Numbered from the stretch's first letter, positions 11,618-24,422 are shown. The stretch is DNA of 64,000 nt from Octopus sinensis (GCF_006345805.1 NC_043006.1:14012001-14076000); one strand, 5' to 3'. Numbers and translations: made by a program. Notes: a model not told the origin generated them from the sequence alone.

Positions 11618-14195
11618 AATGAAAGAGAAAAAAGAAAGTATGACAAATTTTGACGTTAAACTTGAATTTGAATTTTCATCGTGAAATTTTTGCGGAGACA
11701 TATCTCTCACTCAATCAAACAATTATTGTTTCTTTCTCTGTTCGTCTGTTTTTGTAGTTAAGCTTCTTTCTTTTTCCCATTGCTACAAAATTACGTGTTT
11801 ATAAGAAAGAATGCGTTGCATATAATTGAGAAATGAGCAGAAGAACGATGTGATTAATTTTCATTTCTATTTTTATTCTTAATAATAATAATTTAGGCAC
11901 GAACACGCACATTTTGAAGAAGATGTACATCCGATAAAACTGACCCCAGTATTTAACAAGTACTTTCTTACTGACTAAATGTATTGCGGCGATAGTGTTG
12001 AATGTTGATCCGAATGAGCATAATCCTACATTATCGATTATTTTGATATGTCGTAAATATTCCGGCTCTCTGTACTCCGAGTTCAAATCCCGTTGAGGTA
12101 GACTTAACCGTTCATCTTTTCGGTATGGATAAAATAAAGTCATAATCTTGTGCCGGGGTCGATTCTTTTTTCTCTCAATGTTTCTTCCTGTGTGATTGGT
12201 TTTCTCTCTTCTGGAAGAAATCGATATTGGCCAGATCTAAAGAGAGATGAGCACCACCAGGTCTGAAAATTCGAAAGACATTCTGCATGTCACTACAGCC
12301 CCTAAGACTCCGTCAAAGAGTTGAAGGTACAAGGCAAAAAGGATCTTCACATGCAGACTTGCAGCGGTTATCATTTTGTTAAACTACTTGTATCATTATT
12401 AACATTATTTACATCCGATGAATATTTGTCCTCATCTTGTTTGTTGTTAACACAACGTCGAATGTAAATAATGTAAATAATGTACGTAATTCCTCATCTC
12501 TTGAATATAGAACTGTACTTGTATAATGTTTTGAGCAAAAGGCCAATAGTTATAGGGGCAGTGAGCTAATCGATTGCATCGACCCCAGTAATACTTATCG
12601 GTTCAGTAAAGCTGATCTCAGCAGAATTTTAATTCGGAATGTAAATAGCCGGAAGAAATGCCGCTAGGCATTTTCTCCAACGGCTTAACGATATTGGAAG
12701 AGGCTTAATTGTTGTGGAAGAGTGTATACAGATGGGAAGACAAAGCCTGCTAGAATATTTACAGAACAGCCCAGAGAAATTACTAAGGAACAGGTGGTCA
12801 AGTATGGAATAGAAGAAAAAGAGAAGAACGAAATCCGAAGAGAGCAAGTTGCAAATGAAAGAGAGAAAAAAGTATGACAAATTTTGACGTTAAATTTGAA
12901 TTTGAATTTTCATAGTGAAATTTTTGTGGAGACATATCTCTCACTCAATCATACAATTATTGTTTCTTTCTCTATTCGTCTGTTTTTGTTGTTAAACTTC
13001 TTTTTTTTTCCCATCGCTACAAAATTACGTGTTTATAAGAAAGAATGCGTTGCATATAATTGAGAAATGAGCAGAAGAACGATGTGATTAATTTTCATTT
13101 CTATTTTTATTCTTAATAATAATAATTTAGGCACGAACACGCACATTTTGAAGAAGATGTACATCCGATAAAACTGACCCCAGTATTTAACAAGTACTTT
13201 CTTACTGACTAAATGTATTGCTGCGATAGTGTTGAATGTTGATCCGAATGAGCATAATCCTACATTATCGATTATTTTGATATGTCGTAAATATTCCGGC
13301 TCTCTGTACTCCGAATTCAAATCCCGTTGAGGTAGACTTAACCGTTCATCTTTTCGGTATGGATAAAATAAAGTCATAATCTTGTGCCGGGGTCGATTCT
13401 TTTTTCTCTCAATGTTTCTTCCTGTGTGATTGGTTTTCTCTCTTCTGGAAGAAATCGATAATGGCCAGATCTAAAGAGAGATGAGCACCACCAGGTCTAG
13501 CCCCTAAGACTCCGTCAAAGAGTTGAAGGTACAAGGCAAAAAGGATCTTCACATGCAGACTTGCAGCGGTTATCATTTTGTTAAACTACTTGTATCATTA
13601 TTAACATTATTTACATTCGATGAATATTTGTCCTCATCTTTGTTGTTTACACGACGTCGAATGTAAATAATGTACATAATTCCTCATCTCTTAAATATAG
13701 AACTGTACTTGTAACATGTTTTGAGCAAAAAGCCAATAGTTATAGGGGCAGGGAGCTAATCGATTGCATCGACCCCAGTGATACTTATCGGTTCAGAAAG
13801 GGTGAAAGGTAAAGCTGATCTCAGTAGAATTTTAACTCGTAATGTAAATAGCCGGAAGAAATGCCGCCAGGCATTTTTTCCAACGCGTTAATGATATTGG
13901 AAGAGACTTAATTGTTGTGGAAGAGTGTATACAAATGGGAAGACAACGCCTGCTAGAATATTTACAGAACAGCCCAGAGAAATTACTAAGGAACAGGTGG
14001 TCAAGTATGGAATAGAAGAAAAAGAGAAGAACGAAATTCAAAGAGAGCAAGTTGCAAATGAAAGAGAGAAAAAAGTATGACAAATTTTAACGTTAAATTT
14101 GAATTTGAATTTTCATAGTGAAATTTTTGCGGAGACATATCTCTCACTCAATCATACAATTATTGTTTCTTTCTCTGTTCGTCTGTTTTTGTTGT
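11618..14195. repeat. Tandem duplication of a unit of about 1.2 kb (2 full copies plus about 140 bp)
   Basis: Units start near 11618, 12856 and 14058 and are highly similar. A segment of about 31 bp at 12265-12296 is missing from copy 2. Confidence 0.9.
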
Positions 14196-14199
14196 TAAG

Positions 14200-14460
14200 C
14201 GTGAGCAGGTTTGGAAAGCCACTGAGGATTATGTGGAGCAAAAACCTGAGCTTCTGTGAAAAAAGGGTAATTAAAACCAGGAACAGAGAGCCTCATTATA
14301 GTAGCTCAAGATCAAGCTTTAAAAACAAACTAGTTGAGAAAATATGTGTATGGGAAGAAAGGTATTAGCTAAATGCAGAGTGTATGGAATTTGGGGTGAA
14401 ACAATGGCACAGATGGTTGCAGAGTGTCCCAAGTTAGCCCAAAGAGAACATAAGAAGTGA
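14200..14460 (+). mobile_element. Decayed RLE LINE zinc-knuckle fragment
   Basis: AKCRVYGIWGETMAQMVAECPKLAQREHKK* resembles the CCHC region of the 20.5-kb element. Confidence 0.6.
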
Positions 14461-14624
14461 AGGTATCACCAAGTTGCGAAAGTTTTCTCAAAAATGGGGA
14501 TTTTAAGCAAATAATAATTGGTATAATCAGTGTATTGAAAGAGTGCTTGAGACACAGAAATGCAAGATTTTATAGGATTTTCCAAATCAAATTCAAATTC
14601 AGGGTTGCTCAGAAAGTAACACTC

Positions 14625-14790
14625 CATGACCACGGCATTGACTTGTTTGTTCCATCTGCGCCGTGTGTGCTGGTTCCTTGTTGGATACCGACAAGCTGGA
14701 GTCGAACCAGTATCTCTGAGCTTGCCGGGTGCGACACTGTCACCATCAAGGATTTCTCTACCACCGTTATTCACATTATTTTGTTTTTTC
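14625..14790 (-). mobile_element. RLE (R4/Dong-like) LINE N-terminal fragment
   Basis: TRRRWNKQVNAVVMECYFLSNP resembles the N-terminal RRKW...N..VM.CY motif of these elements. Confidence 0.5.
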
Positions 14791-14913
14791 ATTGACACAC
14801 TTATGAGGTAGCGATTATAAAATTGTGCAAATACCAGTGTTTCTATTGTGACATCATCAATCAGGACATGGGAAGATTCCAACCGATTCCTTTCATTACT
14901 TCCCCTGATCTGA

Positions 14914-14948
<35 letters not shown>

Positions 14949-14987
14949 TATTATTATTATTATTATTATCATTATTATTATTATTAT

Positions 14988-15517
14988 TGAGTGAGAGAGC
15001 AGTTCATGCCATCAAAGTGACACTGGAGTAAAATATACGAAGCCCAATATACCCATCATGACTACCCGTCTGATAAGGGTACACCAGGCACATGCATCAC
15101 AACCATATGTGCGCGACATCACATGACCTTGCAGGTGGGGCCCAGTTAGAATTTTCTTCAGGTTGAGTAGCCCATCCCACTCAAAAGGTCCCTGAATAAG
15201 GGTTGTTTAAGGATGTTGAAAGAACCACCCATGTTTCCAGAGGTGAATTATTCAAACCCCAAAGAATCACTCTCAACACATGGCTATGATGCTCCCCCAC
15301 TACTTCTGCTCGTGATTAGAGATGCACGTATTGTCAGCCACTAAGGAACATGCTCAACTGGTTAAGGTCAAACAACTGACAAGCAAATCTGTGGTATTGA
15401 GCAGAATATTTGCTGTAGCCCATCTTTTATACCAAGACAAAACAATGTACATGATAACACTTCCAATCAGTTAAGATCAGAAGCCATGAGAGCCACTGCC
15501 TGGTACTGCATCAGGGC

Positions 15518-15603
<86 letters not shown>

Positions 15604-16460
15604 CATCATCATTGAGTGAGAGGGCAGCGTATGCCATGAAAGTGACACTAGGATACAAATATACGAAGTCCAATATACCCATTATGACTATTCGTTTGAT
15701 AAGAGCACACCAGGCATATGCATCACAACCATATATGCGCGACATATCAAGATAAACAGCGCATGACCTTACTGGTGAGGGCGCAGTTAGAATTTTCTTC
15801 GGGTCGAGTAGCCCACTCCACGAAAAAGGTCTATGAATAAGACACCCATGTTTCCAGAGGTTATTATTCAAACCCCAAAGAATTCCTCATGGTTATGATT
15901 CTCCCACACTACTTTTGCTCATGATCAGAGATGCACATATCGTCAGCCACTAAGGGACAAGCTCGAATGGTTAAGGTCAAACAACTGACAAGCAAATCTG
16001 TGGTACTGAGCAGACAAAACAATGTACATAATAACACTTCCAATCAGTTAAGATCAGAAGATATGAGAGCCACTGTCTGGTATTGCATCAGGGCAGAGCC
16101 ACTGCCTGGTATTATTATTATTATTATCATTATTATTATTAAGACGGCGAATAAGGTTTGTTTAAGGATGTTGAACGAACCACCAATGTTTCCAAAGGTG
16201 AATTATCCAAACCTCTAAGAATTCCTCTCAACACACGGCTATGATGCTCCCCCACTACTTCTGCTCGTAATCAGAGATGCACATATCGTCAGCTACTAAG
16301 AGACAAGCTCGACTGGTTAAGGTGAAACAACTGACAAGCAAATCTGTGGTACTGAGCAGAATATTTGCTGTAGCCCATCTTTTATACCAAGACAAAACAA
16401 TGTACATGATAACACTTCCAACCAGTTAAGATCAGAAGCCACGAGAGCCACTGTCTCGTA
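14988..16460. repeat. Tandem copies of a non-coding element of about 530 bp bounded by (ATT)n (14988-15521, 15613-16110, partial 16150-16460; fragment at 34352-34470)
   Basis: Shared sequence tgagtgagag.gcag...tactgcatcagggcattt with ATT tracts on both sides. Confidence 0.85.
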
Positions 16461-16724
16461 CTTATTATTATTATTGTTATTATTATTATCATCATTATTT
16501 TGAATTTTTATCACCTCTTATTTTGAATATGACAAAGCCAGACTTACTGTCGAAATATCGTTCTCCCAATAAAATGTCTATTACAATCGTCTTGACAGTT
16601 TACTTTTGTGAAGAGTTACGCCAAAACTTTTAAAAAATCATTATTATTATTATTGTTGTTGCTGTTGTTATTATTATCGCCATAGCTAGAGGTGTGTTTT
16701 TAAAGCGCTGTAAGTTCATGTTTG

Positions 16725-17108
16725 TGGAAGCGCAATGGCCCAATGGTTAGGGCAGCGGACTCGCGGTCGTAGGATCGCGGTTTCGATTCCCAGACCGGGC
16801 GTTGTGAGTGTTTATTGAGCGAAAAACACCTAAAGCTCCACAAGGCTCCGGCAGGGGATGGTGGTGATCCCTGCTGTACTCTTTCACCACAACTTTCTCT
16901 CACTCTTACTTCCTGTTTCTGTTGTACCTGTATTTCAAGGGGCCGGCCTTGTCACTCTCTGTGTCACGCTGAATATCCCCGAGAACTACGTTAAAGGTGC
17001 ACGTGTCTGTGGAGTGCTCAGCCACTTGCACGTTAATTTCACGAGCAGGCTGTTCCGTTGATTCGGATCAACCGGAACCCTCGTCGTCGGAACCGACGGA
17101 GTGCTTCC
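16725..17108 (+). mobile_element. SINE family C
   Basis: Full length; TSD aagttcatgttt. Confidence 0.9.
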
Positions 17109-17342
17109 TTCCAAGTTCATGTTTAATTCACTCGTTTTAAAAGATTCTAGACTGTGTTTTGCTGCTCTTCTGGGGCGGGAGGCTGACGTCTGTTAACCAA
17201 AGCTCCATTTGGGGGGGATGATACAAACTTTTTTTGTGTGTTCAAATTTCTTCGAAAATTTGCTTTGGAAGAATGTAAACATTGATGAAAAGCGACGAAA
17301 AGCGGGGGGAGGGAAAAATGAAGGTGGAACGGCAATTTGCAC

Positions 17343-17822
17343 GAAGAAAGAAGAAGAAGAAGAAGAAGAAGAAGAAGAAGAGAAAAGAAGAAGAGAAGGA
17401 GGAGGAGGAGTAGAGAAGGAGGAGAGGAGGAGGATGGAGAAGAAGAGAAAAGAGAGGAAGAAGAAGAAGAAGAAGAGGAGGAGGAAAGAAGAATAAGAAG
17501 AAGAAGAAGAGAAGGAGGAGGAGGGATAGAAAAGAAGAAGAAAAGAAGGAAAAGAAGTAGAAGAAGAAGTAGAAGAAGAAAAAGAAGAAGAAGGAGGAGA
17601 AGAAGAAGAAGAAGAAGAAGAAGAAGGAGGAGGAGGAGGAGGAGGAGGAGAAGGAGAAGAAGAAGAAGAAGAAGAAGAAGAAGGAGGAGGAGGAGAAGAA
17701 GAAGAAGAAGAAGAAGAAGAAGAGGAAAAAAAGAAGAAGAAGAAGAAGAAGAAGAAGAAGAAGAAGAAGAAGAAGAAGAAGAAGAAGAAGAAGAAGAAGA
17801 AGAAAGCAAAAAGAAAGCGAGA
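17343..17822 (+). repeat. (GAA/GGA)n purine-rich tract
   Basis: Direct inspection. Confidence 0.95.
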
Positions 17823-17849
17823 GGAAAGGGTAAAGTTTTCCTCACTACA

Positions 17850-19630
17850 TGGAAATCGTAGTAGCACGCAAAACAATATTGAAAGCAACAAAAATGAGGT
17901 TAGCGGTGGGAAAGAAACTTTTTGAGAATATCACGGCAACTAAGGAATCGGCTAACATCTCACTGGAGAACAAAATAGAAAAACTAGAAAAGGCAGCAAA
18001 GTATATGAAAATAAATGGAAGGAGGGCGTTCTCGATGCAACAGCCAAACGGACAGTTCTCTACAGGTGCATGAACAAAAAGACAAGGAAACTCGAAAATG
18101 CTAAACGCGACCAGGTGGGAAAAGCCTTGAAGACATATGGAAGCACTCCGTCGGTTACGACGATGAGGGTTCCGGTTGATCCGAATCAACGGAACAGCCT
18201 GCTCGTGAAATTAACGTGTAAGTGGATGAGCACTCCACAGACACGTGCACTCTTAACGTAGTTCTCGGGGATATTCAGCGTGACACAGAGAGTGACAAGG
18301 CCGGCCCCATAAAATACAGGTACAACAGAAACAGGAAGTAAGAGTGAGAGAAAGTTGTGGTGAAAGAGTACAGCAGGGATCACCACCATCCCCTGCCGGA
18401 GCCTCGTGGAGCTTTAGGTGTTTTTCGCTCAATAAACACTCACAACGCCCGGTCTGGGAATCGAAACCGCGATCCTATGACCGCTAGTCCGCTGCCCTAA
18501 CCACTGGGCCATTACACCTCCATTCTTAAAGACATATGGCAGGATATCCACCACATTGCGAGAGCGGGGCAGTACAGCGAAGTAGAGGTCGTTTTTAAGA
18601 CTGAGGAGCAGGCGATACAGAACACGGTGGCCACGTGTCGTACCGAGGAAATCGCCCTCTTCCCAAATTACATAGGAAGAAGTGCGGAACGAATTACAAT
18701 ACCTGGAGTCCCATCAGGTTTGGATTTATGGTGGACTCGCATCTGTATTTGTACGGTCGGCGGAGAGAATCTCCTGGCTGTTAAAAGATTGGAGGGAGAA
18801 TTGGGTTGGGTTGGAACTATCTTGATTTGGAACTCCACATAAAGCCAGAGCAGTTAAAGAAAGCCCAAACCTGATTTCCTTCTGGAATAGAGTAAAACTA
18901 TGGGTGACCGTGGGGGCAAAAGACCGAGGTGCCACGATTGTGGTTCAACGGGTTACTTACGGTTTCACTGCCCACAGAACCAGAACAGAAGTGCAAAAAG
19001 AAATGTCCAAACGAAGAACCACAACCCATGAGTCGACAAAAACAACAAGGACAACAACAACAGAAAGACAGAGGAATAGAAACAGAAATTGAACCCAAGG
19101 AGACAAAACAGGCAGGTATTAGAATAAAGGTGGCAGTGGGAGCAGCACCAGCAGTAGAGGCGGAAGTTACAGTAGCAGGAGCAACAACAACTACAAGAGA
19201 ACCAGAACAAACAACACCAGAAGAAAACATACACGATACGGACTCCTCTACGCATCCAAATGATGATGAGGGAGAGCCCAAAAGGTAAACAAAAAAAAGA
19301 AAGATACAGATAAAAATGGGAGAAAACCAAAAAACAACAAACAGATACTGGTGACAACACCAACACTACAAGCACCACAATCACCAACACCATCACAAAC
19401 ACCCACAACAGAATCAAAACAACAGACTTTAACGTCACTGCAACAACAACCATCCGCAGGCAGCTGAACTTCGTGCTAGTTAGGAGGACCAATGAAATCT
19501 GATGGCCTTCATATCACAAAACGAGAACGTTGAAACAGAGTGGGGGTGATCTGCAGTTCCAACACTTCTAGACTACCGGAGAGCCTAATGATGGTACGAA
19601 TGACATTATAGACTTATACGAGCATTAAGT
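17850..19630 (+). mobile_element. Degenerate ORF1 (gag-like) of an L1/Tx1-type element, interrupted by a SINE at 18138-18522
   Basis: VGKALK|IWQDIHHIARAGQYSEVEVVFKTEEQA..LFPNYIGRSAERITIPGVP, then RPRCHDCGSTGYLRFHCP (degenerate CCHC knuckle). No ORF2 follows. Confidence 0.65.
18138..18522 (-). mobile_element. SINE family C inserted in an ORF1 element
   Basis: Full length; TSD ctt(g/a)aagacata. Confidence 0.9.
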
Positions 19631-19741
19631 GGAGCTATCCGTATGACATTGGATCTCCCAGTGTAACGGCCAGCAGTGGGAATGAACCCGGAACCATGTG
19701 GCTGGTAAGCAGGCTACTTACCACACAGCCACTCCTGCACC

Positions 19742-19816
<75 letters not shown>

Positions 19817-19819
<3 letters not shown>

Positions 19820-19956
19820 GTTTGATTTTTGCTTTGTATTTGTACCACCCGGAGAACTCAAGAGACAACAAATTAGAAGTTCATGCTGGTGTTATGCCTA
19901 GGGTATCACATATTTGGCTTTGCAAATTGTATTGTTATAGAGAATGTTTAAGAAAA

Positions 19957-19957
<1 letters not shown>
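19817..19957. repeat. 140-bp unit between (ATT)n tracts (further copies at 21064-21205 and 21273-21413)
   Basis: Three near-identical copies, each bounded by ATT runs. Confidence 0.9.
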
Positions 19958-20023
<66 letters not shown>

Positions 20024-20026
<3 letters not shown>

Positions 20027-20984
20027 TAGTTTTATTTTTATAGCGTGCTTTCACTTCACTACCGAGCGCAGCTCTGTGTGCCTTGGGTATGTGCCGTGAT
20101 ATGTTGTGATGCTCTGATGGTTATTGTATGGAAAGTGTTCTGCGTAGGATGTGTGCAGTGCCTAGTAGTGCAATTTTCTGTATGTTATATGTGTTTGTAA
20201 GTCTTGGTGTTTTTGTTATGTATTTGTCTGAATATTTTTTTATCATGCCTAATGCACCTACTATGATAGGAATTGTTTCTGTTTTCAGATTCCACATTCT
20301 AGTTACCTCTATTTCCAGGTCTTTGTATTTTGATAGTTTCTCCATTTCTTTTAGAGACACGTTGTCATCTGCCGGTATTGATACATCAATTAGAAAGCAT
20401 TTTTTTTCTTCATGATCTCTGACAACTATATCTCGTCTGTTGGCCTTAATTTCTCTATCTGTGTGTATCGGCATATCCCAGAGTATGGTTGCTTTCTCGT
20501 TTTCTGTGACCTTTTCTGGTGTGTGCCTATACCATCTTTTTTCTGTTGTTATTCCATAATGTTGGCATAGCTTCCAATGTATGTAGGTTCCAACTCTGTC
20601 ATGTCTGTGAATATATTCCTTCTTAGCCAGGACTGGGCAGCTAGAGATAATATGATTTATTGTTTCTTGTCCATCTCCACATATTCTGCAGTTACTTGTT
20701 ATATTTCTTTTCATTACATGTTTTTGGTAATTTCTGGTGGGGAGGCTTTGGTCTTGTGCTGCAATTAAAAATCCCTCTGTCTCTGCTTTGAGTCCTGAGC
20801 TTCTCAACCATTGCTGGGATTTTTCTTTGTCTATTTCTTTTGCGTTTAGTTTAGTGCAGTATTTACCATGAAGGGGCTTTTCTTGCCATCGTTTTATCAT
20901 GGTTCGTTGCTGTTCTATTTTTAGTTTGGATTTCATTTGTTTTATAGCTTTTGTTGTTTCTTCATCATCTTCTTCTTCTTCGTG

Positions 20985-20985
<1 letters not shown>
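20024..20985 (-). mobile_element. 3' end of an R4/Dong-like RLE non-LTR retrotransposon (ORF remnant 20121-20936)
   Basis: WQEKPLHG...CRICGDGQETINHIISSC (CCHC), RHD, NRRDIVV..LIDVSIP..KLSKYKDL restriction-like endonuclease motifs; flanked by (ATT)n. Confidence 0.9.
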
Positions 20986-21065
<80 letters not shown>

Positions 21066-21204
21066 GGTTTGATTTTAGCTTTGTATTTGTACCACCCAGA
21101 GACCTCAAGAGACAACAAATTAGAAGTTCATGTTGGTGTTATTGCCTAGGGTATCACATATTTGGCTTTGCAAATTGTATTGTTATAGAGAATGTTTAAG
21201 AAAA

Positions 21205-21275
<71 letters not shown>

Positions 21276-21436
21276 GTTTGATTTTAGCTTTGTATTTGTA
21301 CCACCCGGAGAACTCAAGAGACAACAAATTAGAAATTCATGTTGGTGTTATGCCTAGGGTATCACATATTTGGCTTTGCAAATTGTATTGTTACAGAGAA
21401 TGTTTAAGAAAACATTATTATTATTATCATTATTAA

Positions 21437-21491
<55 letters not shown>

Positions 21492-21510
21492 TTATATTAT
21501 TATTATTATT

Positions 21511-21766
21511 CAGTAGTTTTATTTTTATAGCGTGCTTTCACTTCACTACCGAGCGCAGCTCTGTGTGCCTTGGGTATGTGCTGTGATTTGTTGTGATGCT
21601 CTGATGGTTATTGTATGGAAAGTGTTCTGCGTAGGATGTGTGCAGTGCCTAGTAGTGCAATTTTCTGTATGTTATATGTGTTTGTAAGTCCTGGTGTTTT
21701 TGTTGTGTATTTGTCTGAATATTTTTTTATCATGCCTAATGCACCTACTATGATAGGAATTGTTTC
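21511..21766 (-). mobile_element. Shorter 5'-truncated copy of the same RLE element
   Basis: Near-identical to 20024-20285; preceded by (ATT)n. Confidence 0.85.
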
Positions 21767-21811
21767 CTCTTCTTCTTCTTCTTCTTATTATTATTATTAT
21801 TATTATTATTA

Positions 21812-21874
<63 letters not shown>

Positions 21875-22106
21875 GGCGGCGTTCTGGCAGAATCGCCAGG
21901 AGGCCGGGCGAAATGCTTAACGCTATTTCGTCTGCCGCTACTTTCTGAGCTCAAATTCCGCCTGTCATCTTTTCGGAGTCGATAAATTAACTAACAGTTA
22001 AACACTAGGGTCGAAGTGATCGAATCATCCTCTCCCCCAAAATGGCTGCCCTTGTGAGAAAATTTGAAACCAATATTATTATTATTAGTATTGAATTATT
22101 ATGTAC

Positions 22107-22212
22107 CTTGGTTTCCGAAGGGAAGCTTTCAAGATTCTTGCACTTCTGTATTCTTGCAGTCCTTCAATGCAGATGGAAATGAACAGCGATAGCACAATGG
22201 CAATTGACAGAC
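22107..22212 (-). CDS. SLC31A-like (Ctr): Internal coding exon of the same Ctr gene (TM1)
   Basis: 106-nt exon between acceptor actttcag and donor gtacat. It encodes (G)LSIAIVLSLFISICIEGLQEYRSARILKASLRKP(R), resembling Ctr TM1 (FLLAMFYEGLKIAR). It ends in phase 2 (AG), and the G at 2283 completes an in-frame AGG codon. Confidence 0.85.
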
Positions 22213-22379
22213 CTGAAAGTAAATTGTAATTAAAAATTGTTTAAGTTTATCAAAGATCACATCTGCGCAATATAGATAAAGCAACGGAAAACTAAAAACA
22301 AATCGAAGAAATTTTGTGATTAATGCAATAATAAACCAAATTCAGTTAATAATTGTAATTAAATAATTATTTAAAATCT

Positions 22380-22767
22380 AAGGAGTGGCTGTGTGGTAAG
22401 TAGCTTCTTTACCAACCACATGGTTCCGGGTTCAGTCCCACCTCGGGCAAGTGTCTTCTACTATAGCCTCGCGCCGACCAAAGCCTTGTGAGTGGATTTG
22501 GTAGGCGGAAACTGAAAGAAGCCCGTCGTATATATATGTATATATATATATGCGTGTGTGTGTTTGTGTGTCTGTGTTTGTCCCCCTAGCATTGCTTGAC
22601 AACCGATGCTGATGTGTTTATGTCCCCATTACTTAGCGGTTCGGCAAAAGAGACCGATAGAATAAGTACTGGGCTTACAAAAGAATAAGTCCCGGGGTCG
22701 AGTTGCTCGATTAAAGGCGGTGCTCCAGCATGGCCGCAATCAAATGACTGAAACAAGTAAAAGAGTA
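22380..22767 (+). mobile_element. SINE family A
   Basis: High identity to 3144-3551 with a short internal deletion. Confidence 0.9.
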
Positions 22768-23487
22768 AACATATAAAGCCAGTTTTCTAAAATCTAGAAT
22801 ATCTCTTTTCTTTTCCTATCTTTTTTGTTTTTGTTTTGTTTTTTTTGCTGTTGTTCTTCTTTTGGTTTTTGTAATATCTTTTATCTTTTACTTGTTTCAA
22901 TCATTGGATTGCGACCATGTGAGGTACCACCTTGAAGGGTTAAGTTGAACAAATTGAACCCATTACTATGTTTTTTTTTAAAGTTTGATACTTATTCTAT
23001 CGGTTTCTTTTACCCTTTCATTGACTAAGTTGCCGTAACGTACACAGACCAGCACCGGTTATCAAGCAGTGAGGGGACAAACACAGACACACAGCCCCAC
23101 ATACATACCTGTATATGTCAGCATATCCACATATATATATGTGTGTGTGCAATTAGTTATGTATATGTGTATACACACACACACACACACGACGGGCCTG
23201 TACAGTTTGTGTCTACCAAATTCACTCACGAATCATTGATTGGCCCGTAGCTACAGATGTCGTGCTGTTGAATTGATCATGAAACCATGTGGTGGCGAAG
23301 TGAGCTTCATAACCAGTGAAATATACAGTAATAATATCTCTCGATAGTTTTGTCCATGTTAGCAGTATCATGTATCTTATTATCATAAGATAACATTTAA
23401 TATCTTACTGTAGTGTAATATCACATTATATCTCCTTAGTAGAGAGAATACTAACCAATTAATACGATTAAAAAAAACGATAAACGT

Positions 23488-23791
23488 CGCCCTCTTTAAG
23501 CCTAACAAGGCTCATGGGCCCGGTTTCCCGGTTTCTGTGGCGTATGTGTTCCCCCCCCCCCAGCTGGACGGGACGCCTGTCCATCGCAGCGTTACTCAAG
23601 AAACAGGAAGAGAGAGTGAGAGAAAGTTGTGGCGAAAGAGTACAAGGGTCACTACCACCCCCTGCCGGAGCCTCGTGGATCTTTTAGGTGTTTTCGCTCA
23701 ATAAACACACACAACGCCCGGTCTGGGAATCGAAACCGCGATCCTCCGACCGAGAGTCCGCTGCCCTAACCACTGGGCCATTGCGCCTCCA
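23488..23791 (-). mobile_element. SINE family C2 (C head, different 3' tail)
   Basis: C-type head plus tail gagtaacgctgcgatggac..gaaaccgggaaaccgggcccatgagcc. Other copies at 32913-33213(+), 38183-38473(-) and 43857-44140(+). Confidence 0.85.
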
Positions 23792-23800
23792 CAAATAAAT

Positions 23801-24045
23801 GCGCCCTTTTAAAGCCTTGCCAGGCTCATGGGCCCGGTTACCCGGTTTCTATGGCGTATGTGTTCTCCAGTTGGACGGGACGCCAGTTCATTGCGGCGTT
23901 ACGCATTTTTACCAGCTGAGTGGACTGGAGCAAATGAAATGAAGTGTTTTGCTCAAGAACACAACGCGTCGCCCGGTTTAGGAATCGAAACCACAATCTT
24001 ACAATCATGATGCTGACACCCTAACCATTAAGCCACGCGTCTCCA
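23801..24045 (-). mobile_element. SINE family D (different head and body, C2-type tail)
   Basis: Head tggagacgcgtggcttaatggttagg..ttcgattcc, body gttcttgagcaaaacacttc, same 3' tail as C2. Confidence 0.75.
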
Positions 24046-24377
24046 CAACCAATTAATACAGCAGACCAAAAGTTGTTAATCAACTGAGATTATATTCATA
24101 TTAAGGAGAATGAATAATCATGTCAACAACTCTGATCAAGAAAAGTTGAGTGAGGCGATGTGGGTAAATATAGGAAATTAAATTAATCAAAAATAATCAA
24201 AATAGTTACGTTTGTGAATTTGTGTTGCAAAATTCCTGATGTGACACCGTGTGTCAAAACAGATATTGTTATATTTCAGGATGGTATTTTTTCTTTTTTT
24301 TTTTGCCAAATAAACACACGCACCATATATTCCTTCTTCACTCGTTTATTACTGTTCTTATTCTGACTGATGTCCAT

Positions 24378-24422
24378 CGTCTGGAGATCTTTCGTCACAC
24401 ATCTGTGACCTCTTCAGCGACA
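24378..24422 (-). ncRNA. Minimal type I hammerhead ribozyme
   Basis: UGUCG-CUGAAGA-G-GUCACA-GAUG-UGUGAC-GAA-AGAUCU-C-CAGACG. Intact core, 6-bp stem II, palindromic stem III AGAUCU, stem I with one bulge. An AATAAA lies about 25 nt downstream on the same strand. Confidence 0.7.

Noticed and set aside
15935-15950. CUGACGA in the 530-bp element
   Set aside because: A stem follows, but there is no GAAA strand or cleavage triplet.
19743-21790. CRISPR-like repeat-spacer array
   Set aside because: The units are identical retroelement fragments separated by microsatellites, not unique spacers, and the context is eukaryotic.
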